This document shows, in pieces, positions 1-43,836 of a stretch of DNA of 64,000 nt (its first letter is position 1; every line of letters begins with the position of its first letter). Origin of the DNA: Salpingoeca rosetta (Eukaryota; Protista; Choanoflagellata); contig JAWQFM010000024.1 of the NCBI GenBank assembly GCA_033442325.1, positions 1,020,596 through 1,084,595 of the forward strand, written 5' to 3'. The notes beneath the pieces are model-generated. The model saw only the letters and a program-made list of their open reading frames with translations. It made no database searches and had not been told where the DNA came from. The translations under genes were made by a program, and so were the position numbers.

Positions 1-104
1 TGTGTGTGTGTGTGTGTGCGTGCGTGCGTGTGTGCGTTTGCCTTGTGGCACACTCTGCCATGACGCTCTCGGCATTGCAGCTCCCTCTCACCAACGTCCA
101 TGTG

Positions 105-136
<32 letters not shown>

Positions 137-151
137 CACACACACACATAG

Positions 152-8879
<8,728 letters not shown>

Positions 8880-9338
8880 CACGTGTTCCTTGTGAGGGGT
8901 TGTCTTCTCTCGCCGTGTGTATTGAACGAACCAAGTGTTATGTTACAGCAAACACCTTTCATGACAAGGGAAAGCAGTGGTGGATAAACGGGGTGCGGCA
9001 GCAGGGAGGGGAACGTGCTGTGTACAATCAAGACCCAAAGCGGCGACAAGCAAGCAGGCGCAAATATAAAAAAAAAACCGACAATGGTGAATGATGTCAA
9101 GTGACAATGATGACGACGACGATGGTGGTGATGATGATACAGTATAGCGGTGGCAGCAATGTCTTTCCTCATGAGGACTCGCTGCTCTCTCCAGAGGCAC
9201 AAGCGTACAGTAACAAAGCAAGCAAGAAACAAACACAAGAAGCAAAGCAGACGCATGCCAGTTTGCCTGCAGGCAAGACAAGTAACACATGTTGTGGCGC
9301 ACAACCAACAACCAACAAACACTGTTAGCCCTGTGCCG

Positions 9339-9727
9339 TCAGTTCTGCTTTTGGCGGTTGACTGGGCGAAGCACGGAGCAGCAGTGAAACTTGGTAAAGT
9401 CGAAGACAACCTTGTTCTTCTTGTGGTGTGTCATGGGCTTGAACGCTGCGTCTGTCAACAGATGCGCAGACGTGTACTGGTGGTAGTGGTACACCGGCTG
9501 CATGCTCTTCTCGTCAATCCCAGATAGCAGCACGGAGAACTCAATGTCCTATGGCATGGTGATGGTGACGTGGGTCGTGGTCGTGGTGAGCACGTACGTT
9601 TTTGTTGGAACGGACAGTCGTGGTGGGGCGTTGAGTGTGTGAGCCAGTCGAGCGTCAAATGGGTTCAAGGGTTCAAGCACGACGCAGACAAGCTGAACAA
9701 TATCCGATGCCTGCAAGGCACAACGCA

Positions 9728-9788
<61 letters not shown>

Positions 9789-10744
9789 TCGTACGCACAC
9801 AGTACCTGTGCATGCAACTTCTCCCAGTTTTCGTTGAGCAGCGGGGATTCGCTGTCAATGACGTGCACACAACTCCACATCACAGGCATGGCGGCCGTCT
9901 CGTGCGCAACCTCAAAGGGTGAAAGAGGGGTTAATGATCAAAGCAAGCCACCCGGTGCATCGGTTTGTGTGTTGGGATGTGAGAATAGGCTCATGCTGCA
10001 AACATCAGAGTGACGCAACATTCAAACTTGGAAAACACGCAGCCGACACGCAGAAGCACACGCAAGGGTGTCATGATTGTTGAGGATTGTCGGTTGGTAT
10101 CCTTCATCCGTTTCAACTCACCAGGGGCAGGCGGATAAAGCGTCTGCGTGCAGACCCGTGCTGCAGACGGGGCGTGAATCCCATCGTCACTTGCACGCGA
10201 GCCTTTGGAGACAGAAGGAGGGCGTTGACATTGAAGAATTTGAGGGTGTGGCGTAGCGGCAAGGCGTTGATGGCAATTGCACACGTGTGCGACAAAGACA
10301 AGCAAAGCACCAGGTAGCGAGTGCGTGGCATGGTCATGACGTGAACATGCAACACTCGAACAAGAAGTGTTGTCCGTATTCTCCTCAACTTCTTTGAGTG
10401 TCCGTTCAACGTCAACTTCAATGGAAGAGTACAAGCACGAAAGCACCCACACATGCACAAATATATTCACACACGCGAGCGCACACACAGACACGCGCGC
10501 GCACAGATAACATGCGTTCCATTACTGCGGGCTTGAACGCTCGTACCTGAAGAATGCGACGCGATGTGCCATAGAGGTTTCCGATGCGAAACTCGAGTGT
10601 CTTGCGTGACGTGATCTCACGATTGTCGCCCATGCATATCCTGGCATGGATTGATCGATTGGTGTGGGCACATCAGACAGGGTAGCGGTGTGTGTTGTAA
10701 AGGCACATCCACGCGTGCATGTTGTAAAAGGCGCGCGCGCGCGC

Positions 10745-10811
<67 letters not shown>

Positions 10812-12613
10812 GTGTGCGTGTGTGCGTGTGTGCGTGTGTGCGTGGTGCACACGATGCATATGCAGGTACACACAAGCCCGCACACGTACCACTTGGAAAA
10901 GAGAATAAAGGGTGGTCGTTTCGAGAGACGCATGATGAAGAAGCCGAGGAATGCAAGCCGAAGCAGAGTTCCGAGGACAGATACCGCCTGTTGATCAACA
11001 ACCAGTCGTTGTAAGCGCTCGCACCGGGCAGCACGCCAAATAAATAAATTGCATGCAGGCAAAGAGCAAGCGCCCGAGCACGAACGCAAGCTCACACCAC
11101 AAGCACAGAAGCAGTGACGATTGTACATACACAAACACACGCACACCAAACAGACGCACACGCACACCAAACAGACGCACACGCACACACATACCCACAC
11201 ACGCACACACATGCGCACAGTCTCTCTTACACAACACAGACACATACAGCACTCACCATGGCTGTTACGTAGACTGCGCCGTCCATACTGAGCCTCACAG
11301 CACACCAATCGTCGCTGTTGGTGAGGAGAAGCGAGAGCATGGATTGGAAGCACTGCCATGCTGTTGCACGCCGTGTGGCAACCTCAGCGCTGCCGGATGT
11401 GGCTGAGCACGGTGCGTCATCACGCACGTGGGCATGCAGGCCGAAGTAGAGCAAACCGGATGCAAGGAACGCAATCATGACGATGATGAGCACCAGCTCC
11501 GAGATGGTGCGAAACATGTGCCGCGCGTGGTGGGTGTACCGCAGGTAAGGGCTGAGCCCAAGGCCCTTGACGCGCGTGCGCGCGTGACGGGAGCCACTGC
11601 CTTTCATTGCAGCGCTGCTGTGAAGGAAGAAGAGCGGCGAGCTGCCGTCGTAGTCCGCATGCGAATGGGAGAGCGCATATCGGCGCTCCCGGCTGTCCTT
11701 CGCACCGCCAAACCTGTTCCGCAGCCAGCGCAACGGGCCACGCCCATCTGTGCCAGTCTCCTCAGATTGCTTGCGCGCACGCGCGCCTTTGGTATTGTTG
11801 GATGACTGCGTGGATGCAGCCAGCGCCTCGGGGCGTTCGTTGCGAACAGACACAACCCTGCCGACGGGCACGCGCGTCTCGTCCTGCTGCTGGCTGGCGG
11901 CGGGGCCAGGAGGGGTGGACGTGGTGGTGGGCGGTGCCGCGGTGGCGCCGTTACTGAGGTTGAAGATGGCGCTTGGCTTGTGCGCATCGCCGTCAAGGAA
12001 GCGCTGTCCGCTGCCGCGCGGTGTGCTGCCGACGGAGCTATCACCTCCGTGTTCCGTGAATGCCCCGAGATGGTCGTCATGCGAATAGGAGGAGTTATGT
12101 GTGTCTCGTGTGTGCGGCCCGGATGAGCCGTCACGCCCACTGGGTGACTGCTTGTTCGATGACACCGCTGTGTGCTGGCGATAGCGCCGCCGCTGCTGAT
12201 GCTGTTCCAGGTCCTGGGATGTGACGCTGGCTCGCGTCTGCTCAAACATGCGAAAGGCGTCTGACCCAGCAGAGTGGCGGTGTGCTGGCTCGTTTCCGAG
12301 CGACTCCACTGACACGCGAGCCGCGTGTGCGTGGGAGGGGCTGGTGGCGGATGCGTACATGGCTGAAGGGTACATCACTTGCGAGCCCGCAGTGACGTCG
12401 AGGACGGAGTGGCTGTCGTCATTGTGGTGGTGCTTCTACATGGTGAAGGTGGATGCATGCAGTGAAGGAGGGAAGGAAGGGAAGATGTAGGAAGGAATGT
12501 GTGAGTGTGACGGGTGGAGTAAGGTGAATGGTGCTCGCATGCACAACCGCATAAAAGCAAACGTGCACTGACAGGCAAGGCATAAGGATGTGTGTGTGTG
12601 TGTGTGTGTGTCT

Positions 12614-12700
<87 letters not shown>

Positions 12701-12849
12701 TGTCTGTCTGTGTCGATCCCGTCATGGTTCCCTGTCGCATAGAAGGGGGGGAAGGAGGGTGCAAATCTCTCTCACACACGCACACACTCGCTCACGCACA
12801 CACTAGCTCACGCACACACCTTGCGACGGCGAAAGAAGAGGTTTGGCAT
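9339..12849 (-). CDS. Inward-rectifier K+ channel (Kir)-like protein with a non-canonical selectivity filter
   Basis: Exons approx. 12849-12820, 12435-11257, 10987-10890, 10640-10548, 10202-10122, 9910-9806 and 9548-9339 join in frame. They encode M1 ([21 protein letters not shown]), M2 ([33 protein letters not shown]), [31 protein letters not shown] and FDFTKFH. These match the Kir cytoplasmic-domain motifs FRVGNL, HxIDxxSPL, FEIVVILEG and VDYSRFH. Confidence 0.85.
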
Positions 12850-13320
12850 GGTGCTTGTCCTTGTTGCTGTGGGGAATGCTGGTGCTGTTGCTTGCAAGCA
12901 AACAAGGACGTGTGCAAGAAGGACCGGCTAGCTAGTGGGGGCGTTGTTTTTGTCGTTGCGGATTTGTTTTGCTTTCTTTCTTTCTTTCAATCTCTTCGCC
13001 ACAAACCAACAAGCAAAGGAAGCAAGAAGCAAGCAGCAGCACGCACTCCACTGACAACACCACAATCTACACAACCAAAACAAGCAGGCAAGCAAGCAAG
13101 GGAACACACACGGGAGACAGGCACAATCTACACAAGCAAGACAAGCAACAAGCAAGCAACCAAGCAAGAAGCAGGCACACATGACACACAGCAAGAGGCG
13201 GGGAAAGGCAGAGCAGCATCGATCACGCGAGAACTTGCTGCACATCCTTCATTTACCCCCCCCCCCATCCCAAACACACACACACAGATGTGCGCACGCA
13301 CGCATGCACGAAGGTGCGTC

Positions 13321-15884
<2,564 letters not shown>

Positions 15885-15970
15885 GCTTTCAAGGTTGTTG
15901 TTTTGTTGGCATTAGGGGGGGGCAGTGGATGAGGAGAATTGTGAATGATTTCCTACAGAAATCAGCACCG
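15885..15970. promoter_or_regulatory. Very short (86 bp) divergent intergenic region, a putative bidirectional promoter for the elongase and IMMP2L
   Basis: Lies between the predicted start codons at 15884 (-) and 15971 (+). Confidence 0.55.
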
Positions 15971-18002
<2,032 letters not shown>

Positions 18003-18812
18003 GCATCGTGTGGCTGGCTGGTCTGGCTGTTGACCATCTCCTGCTTCGTACCTTCATGTACACAACTCTCTGGCTGTTCATATCGTCAAACCACACTGGT
18101 TCTCATTACGGTCAACTTCCTTTCATTCCTGATACCGTGTTCTGCGTGTCTGTGTGATCGACTTTCCCATTATATTGCATCAGTGAATCCCGTGGCGTGT
18201 GTTGTGTCACATCACATCATCGCAGCGCATCGCGCCATGCCTCCCCGTACACAGCTTGCCGAATGCAGACATGCGAATTACTAATGGCAGGCTGTTGGCA
18301 CGCATGCAGTGGGGCAGCAATCATTCTATCGTTGCTTTGAAATGTGGGGGCTGTCATGACGAAAAAGTTGCGCACATCTGCTGGCAAAATTGCGTTCGGA
18401 TTTCAACAAAGGAAGCAAGAGGACTGATTGAAGAAAGGCTAGGTCAGATCTGGCGTGTGGGGCGTGCAGCTCACGAACGCGCCAGCACCGCCAGAGCCAA
18501 CAGGCACACGTCGTGAGGACGGCGTTGTGGTGGGGAGGGGGAGGGGAGGTGGCTCGCAACAAGAACACACCACTCATTATCGAACCACTGACGAGAGGCA
18601 GAGCAACCAACAAAGCAGTGCCTTAGCAATTTGTTGTGGGGTCCTCTCCTTCCAAATTAGTGGTTGTGTGGGACCTCAGCAAATGTCATTTTTCCTTTCT
18701 GCACCCATGACACCAGTGACCACAGCATCGACAACGACGACGACGACGACAACAACAACCAACAACAACCAACAACAACCAACAACAACAACAACCAACA
18801 ACAACAACAACC

Positions 18813-18859
<47 letters not shown>

Positions 18860-18922
18860 GAGCTGCAGTCAGCACCAACCATCTCCAAACCCTTAGCATC
18901 CACTCTTCATTACTTTGTAACC

Positions 18923-19446
18923 ATGGCATTCCTCCGGAGACAAGCTCGGCCATCACCACTCGAGCCTCATCCAGTGACACTCAGCGCCACTCGGGAGCAA
19001 CAAGTCCACATTCTTGCCTTCCTTCTCACAGAGTCGTTTACTGCGTTGCGAGCGAAGCTGCCACCGGCAGCCATCTGCAAGATGGCGGAACTTGCCGTCG
19101 TCGCCCTCAGCAGCCAGCGCATCGCGTACCACGCGCCGTCGCACATCTTCAACGTGACACCAGAGGACATCAAGGCGGACCCCATCTCGTTTTTGGCACG
19201 CGTGTTCCACGCCACGGCGTTTCTTCAGGCCGACGACTGCATTGCGCCGTATCTTCTGCCCATCCTGCAGCGGGCACGCCTCATCCCCTTGCCGCCAGCT
19301 GCGGACCTTCGGCAGGAGGACAGGCAACAGCAACACCAGCAGCACTTGCACCTGTACCTGCACAAGAGCAAGACAAGCTCGCATCTGCAGCCAACCACGA
19401 CTACGCATGGTGTTGGCAGCATGGAACGCAGTGACGGCGCCATGGC

Positions 19447-19486
<40 letters not shown>

Positions 19487-21418
19487 GATGATTGCCAGTC
19501 TCGCCGGCGCCGGCACAGGCAGCACTCGGATCCAAGCAGGCAGCGCACCCCGAGCGACGACAGCTACATGCAGGACTTCTCCATCCAAAGCATCCAGGCC
19601 ATGCCGCAGCTGATGCCTTGTGCTGGGTCGCACGCTGCACGGAAGCGAGGCCTGTGTCAACCGCACGCCCTCGCGCTCATGGCCGGCATCGACGTAGGTT
19701 GTTACAAACAGAAGAAGGCCTCTTCCTTGTCTCCTTCCACAACCTCGGCCTCCCTCTCCCCGTCACCGACTCCATTCCCCGTCTTCTCTTCTTCCTGGGG
19801 CATTACCGGGGAGGAGGACGAGGTACAAGTGCACTGGCCTGCCGACCATCCCCACCGCGCACGGCGTCGCCGCTCGAGATCCAACGAGTCCCAGGCCGAG
19901 CGTCCGCGACAGCACATGCTCGGCGATGACCTGCGTGCTCACCACAGGCGGCTGGTCAGGAGTGCCAGCAAGTCCACGTCGTCATACACCACGGCAACCA
20001 GCACCGCCTTCACCCCTGTGCCTGTGGAGGCTGCGGTATTGGCGCATGGACGCGGAGAAGGCCGCCCCGGCATGAGCGTGAGGGCGGCCGTTGCCCGCGT
20101 CATGTCGTGGTGGCGTGAGGACCTGCAACAGACGCACGGCATCAAGAGCACCGGCCGGCACCCGCACGAATCCATCCTGCACGGCTACACGGGCGCGCAC
20201 ACGCCGGAGGTGCGCCGGGAGAAGCGGGAGATTGCGCAGCGCCTGTGCTACAGGGTGTTTGGCTACACGGCCGGCGAGGTGATCCCCTTTGAAGCTGATG
20301 CTCCGGGCCTGAACGAGTTCATCGCGTGCGTGGTGGCCATGGACATGCTTGGGCCCTGGCTCAACGAGGTGCACCTGCTGCACGTGTGCGCGTGCTTGCG
20401 TGCATGTGTACCGTTCCGCACCCACGACGCCATGACCGAGCTGTACGCCACGTGCGTGCGCATCTGCGACGAGGACCTGCCCTTCCTGCAGGTGCTGCCG
20501 CGGTCGTGTCTCGAGAAGAACATGCGGCACATTGTGGAGAGCGCGTGCCACACGGCCGCGTACGTGCACGAGCACTTCTCCGCTGAGGATCCGCGTGTGT
20601 TCCTGGCACACCTGTGGAAACAGCTTCCGGAGCGGCACGCGTCTTTGCGCGATGCAGACGCGCACACGCTCAAGGACTGGGCTGGCGCCATGGCGGGCAC
20701 TGTGAGCTACCTCGACTATTTGCTGGAGGAGCCGGCCCGCATCTTCCCGCGCTTCGGCGACGCGCGCACAGCTGAAGAGCAGCAAGAGCTTGAGCAGCGC
20801 GCGGTGACGAACATGGCGATTGCGCACAGCGTGGTGTCTTCGCGCCTGATCTGCGCCAGCGCCATCCACGCCGCCCTGAGCTGCTCCCAGTTTGCAGCGG
20901 AGGTGGACACCATGCCCCTCCAGCAGCTGTTTGCACGAAACGCAGCCACCGCGAGCAGCAAGACGGCCGGCACTGCCGCGGGTGGTGATAGCGATGAGGT
21001 GTTTGCTCGTCTTCTCAAGGGCGACTTGCGGGCTGGCTCGGACCACGTGGCTGTGGTGGAGGCACTGCTCCAGCACGGCTTCAACGACTTTGCAACGGAC
21101 CGCTGTGACACCTGCGACGTCGCCTTGGACGTGTACCGCGCCCTCACCACCGCGGACGCCGAAAGCGTCAGCGCGGGGCGCAGTGGTGTACCCACGACGG
21201 CGATGGGCGACGACAACGACAAGCCTGTCGGAGGTGCAGCGGGGCTGCAAGAGCAGCACGCGGGATGTGGGCACGACCAACAGCACGAAGGGCTTCGTCG
21301 GTGCTTGAAGCTGTGCTTGCGGTATCACCGCGGTGAAATGCATGTTCGCTCGTTTCACGCAGAACTGCCCGCGTGCGTGGCTGATGCGGTCGCTCGCTTC
21401 GTGCACACGTGTGTCTGA
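18923..21418 (+). CDS. Intronless hypothetical protein with a degenerate HD-like domain, resembling a conserved cyanobacterial/algal family
   Basis: A single uninterrupted ORF. The likely start is ATG 18923 (aaccATGG); in-frame ATG 18683 is an alternative. Motifs: YHAPSHIF...SFLARVFHAT, VFGY..GEV...GLNEFIACVVA, CLRACVPFR, FLAHLWKQLPE, RIFPRF. A ~300-aa low-complexity insert separates the two conserved halves. Confidence 0.8.
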
Positions 21419-21612
21419 GTGCTTGCGTAAGTGGATGAAGATGGTGGGTGGTGGTGGGGTGGTGGCTGTGGTGGATGTTGTGACTGTCACATCACCACGT
21501 TCACTGCATTTTATTTTGTCTTCGCTGGTGCATTTCTGGACAGCGTTGTTTGCTTAGGCTGTGTTGAAATAAACTGTAGCTGTCTCTGAAAACCTTATGC
21601 CGTGTGGGTTGC

Positions 21613-21669
<57 letters not shown>

Positions 21670-21964
21670 TGTGTGTGTGTGCGTGTGTGTGTGTGTGCGC
21701 GCGCGTGTGTGAGTGAGTGTGTGTATGAGTGAGTGTGCATGACGGAAAGCACAGTATGGCCTTATAGCTGAGGCAATCAATCATTTAATCGGGTGTCAAT
21801 CAGAGGGAACGAACGAAACGTGAGGTGCGTGAGATGTGGTGGTGGTGGTGGCGGTGTGGCGTGTATGCACGGCAATTCTAATGCTCATGCAAATGCTATG
21901 AAAGCGAGGGAGTGGGAGTTTAGGTTGAACGGGAACAGTGGTGTGGAGGTGGAGACTGCCGCTG

Positions 21965-22647
21965 CTACATGTTGCCAAGCCGGGACTTGATCTGCCGTGT
22001 ACAACGACGTGATTTGTGATGTGGGTTTGACATACGTGTGAGTGCCGTCATGTGGGTGAGGAGAGCAACGCCAAAAAGAAGAGTCACGGATTCACACACA
22101 CGCACGCACAGACACAGGCAGATGGACGGACGGACAGGCAGACAGACAGACAAACAGACAGACAGACGGACAGACAGACGGACGGACGAACATGCAAACA
22201 CACACACACACACACATAACACACACACACACACACAACACACACACACACACACACAACACACGTGCTGCACCTTGTGAAAGACGACCATATCGAGGAC
22301 CGCGAAGCTGCGCACCACTTTCATCTCGTTTGAAGTTTCGCTGAACCGCCAAAAGTTAATCTTAAACGCTGATGGGCCAGCGCACGAGCAATGGCGTGTG
22401 AGTGCGGTTATGATGTGTCAGCACCAACGTGAGAGGATGAAAAGGCAAACGAAAGAAAAGAAGTTACAGAGTGTCACAGCGCAGCAAGGGGTGACGAACA
22501 AGAGTCTCGAATGAAACACGACCGTGTACACACTTGAACCACAGACGTACACAGACACGGACACAGACATGGAAGCACACACACACACACACAGACACAC
22601 ACACAGACACACACACAGACACAGACACACACACAGACACACAGACA

Positions 22648-22688
<41 letters not shown>

Positions 22689-23729
22689 CGCTGTCTGCTT
22701 TCAAAGACGCCGGCGTGGTTGCCCAGAAATGCTTCGCCTTCATCAAACGTCACTTCGTCGAAACGGGAGGCATTGAACAGCACCTCCATATGGCGGAGGG
22801 GCACGTAAATCGTGTCGTTGCCCTGTAGTTGAGGAGGGGGATACAGCAGAGATGGAGGATCAGGGCAAGAGGCAGAGGAAGGTTAGCAAGTGCATATGAT
22901 GGAACAAACAAAGGGGCAGGTGTGGAGGGATGCAGCAAAGTAGACGATTGCGGAGGGGCCAGGGTTTTGAAGCTCAGGAAGGATACACCAACACACACAC
23001 ACGCCACACACATCCACGCACACACACACACACATCCACACACACACACACATTCACACACACACACACACAGATAGACAGAAAGTCAGTCAGTCTCACC
23101 TTGAAGACGGCGGCTTCATACACGTTATCGGCGCGACATAGGCTCAGCATGGATGGCTGTAGTGCCGAGGACGCCAGCATCAACAAAGTGTCAGGTATGG
23201 TGGTGGTGGTGGCGAGCACAGGTTAAGGGTAGATGAGCGCGGTCACCAACGGCAGCAGCAGTGTGAAAGACATGCAAGAGCGCAACGGCGACGATTGCGC
23301 GCTCGACAACACACGCACCTTGTGCAGTGTTGGCTGGGCGGGTTGAATGAACGCGTTTGTGTGGTCTGGTTGTTGCGTGGTATGTGACACACGTGTGCAA
23401 TACTCGTGAGTGAATGAAAAGATTCGCTTGATGGTGTGAGAAGGATGTGGGAGGGGTGACGCTAGTGGCAAGCGGGAGGGAAGAGGGAGTTGAGAGGGAG
23501 GAGAGGGAGAGAGATGAGTGGGAGAGAGAGGGAGGGAGAGAGGAGAGAGGCAGAGAAGGGAGTGGGAGAGTGGGAGTTCTGCACAGACACACAAGCACAC
23601 AAACAGAGACAGACACAGACAGAGAGACAGAGAGACAGAGAGACAGAGAGACAAGCAGACACAGGCAGATAGGCAGATAGACACAGAGAGGCAGATAGAC
23701 AGACAGACAGACAGGCAGACAGACAGACA

Positions 23730-23809
<80 letters not shown>

Positions 23810-23886
23810 GTACTTGTGCCAAGCATGTGTGGCTTCTTGAGCGCGTGTGCTTGCACGACGGCGCACAAGTCCTCGTCTTGATCCAT
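21965..23886 (-). CDS. Small (~145 aa) six-exon hypothetical protein
   Basis: GT-AG exons join in frame: [24 protein letters not shown]|[16 protein letters not shown]|[19 protein letters not shown]|[45 protein letters not shown]|[32 protein letters not shown]|IKSRLGNM*. No family recognised. Confidence 0.7.
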
Positions 23887-23984
23887 GGCGATGGATGTGT
23901 CAAAGGCACCAAATAAACAACAGCAGTGCAGCGACCAACGACACCTGGAAGGACAGCAGGCAGGGCTGTAAAAATTTCACAACG

Positions 23985-24035
23985 ACTGAATTCAGCATAC
24001 ACAACTGAATTCAGCATACATAACTGAATTCAGTT
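23985..24035. promoter_or_regulatory. Triple 19-bp tandem repeat with palindromic core CTGAATTCAG in a divergent promoter
   Basis: ACTGAATTCAG starts at 23985, 24004 and 24023. The third copy extends to the 14-bp palindrome AACTGAATTCAGTT. It sits between start codons at 23886 (-) and 24080 (+). Confidence 0.6.
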
Positions 24036-24079
24036 TGTGCACGCAACGGAAAGCACAGCAAGCAGGGCAAGCAAGCAAG

Positions 24080-29685
<5,606 letters not shown>

Positions 29686-29703
29686 TCGATGCGCCCACAC
29701 ACA

Positions 29704-29738
<35 letters not shown>

Positions 29739-30243
29739 GCGCGCACACACACATACACACACACACACAGTTAAATACGTGTATGTTAGCTGCGTGGAGG
29801 TGCACATTATTGTTTGTTTTTGCTGTTGTTGGCTTCCATGGATTGTTGTTGTTACTTGTGGTTGTCGATTCTCTCCCACAGTCTTGTCCGCATTCTTGGA
29901 TGTGGTTTGCCACGAGCTTTGTTCCATGTGGTTTTGGTTTTACTCATCAAGTCAAATGCAAATGAACACTTTACAAAAAGCAATTTAGCAACGCACACAC
30001 ACACACACACACACTCTCTCTCTCTCTCTCTCTCTCGCTCTCTCTCTCACTCACTCAACATTTCTAACATTTCTGTTTCTACAATGGGTCAGCAGCACAA
30101 CAGTCCCACACAGACACGCGCGCACACACACACACATGCACACTGACGCACATAGACACACACACACACACACATGCACTTTGACGCACACAGACACACA
30201 TACACAGACACAGACAAACACCAAACAACCCCGGCCTCTCCCA

Positions 30244-43270
<13,027 letters not shown>

Positions 43271-43836
43271 CCCTGGTGGGCCGTCAATCGTGCAGCAGAA
43301 GGCGATTTCAAGGCACGCAGGTAGGTGGTCGGTCAAACGGCCTGCGGCGACAATCCACCACCAACCAACCAATCCACCAACCAAGTCGCTCGCCTGTCGG
43401 TGTTTCTTCTTTCTCGTTGGTCTGTGCTCGTGGTGTTTGTGGATGACGCAGTCAATTGAGGCGTCTGCGTATGCGTGTGGTAGTGTGTGTGTGTGTGGTG
43501 TGTGTTCGGGTGCTCTGCTGTTATTGCTGCTCGCTGGTTGGTGTGTGCGAGTCTGAGCCTTGAGCCTCGTCCTGTGCAGGTTTGTGTTGGCTTTGGTTGC
43601 TTGGTTGGGGATCATCAAAACCAAAACGTAAAACGGAAACAACACAACGGTGTAATTCGGAGGACCGAAGAGTGGCAAACTCGTCCGGCGGTGGATCAAA
43701 CATCAGCGCGTCTAAGTGCGTACTAACAGGCACAACCTTGTGCGAAACATGGAAACCACAAAAAACCAAAACACATTCCAGGCAAGCGAGCAGGCAAAAA
43801 CACGTCGCACACTTCAAGCAGCAGCCATGACTGAAT

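Noticed and set aside
9596-9710. Apparent extra exon in the Kir-like gene (ASDIVQLV...PTKT)
   Set aside because: Including it shifts the frame of the last exon; skipping it gives HAQ|[10 protein letters not shown], which matches Kir spacing.
18455-18922. N-terminal extension of the 987-aa ORF (GTG start, poly-T/N/Q)
   Set aside because: Non-ATG start, and the frame is kept open largely by a (CAA)n tract. ATG 18923 is preferred, though 18683 cannot be excluded.
19982-21490. 502-aa antisense ORF
   Set aside because: Shadow of the GC-rich + strand HD-like gene; no motifs of its own.
23985-24035. Possible CRISPR-like palindromic repeat array
   Set aside because: The units are 19 bp with near-identical 8-9 bp linkers rather than unique spacers, the context is eukaryotic, and there are no cas genes.
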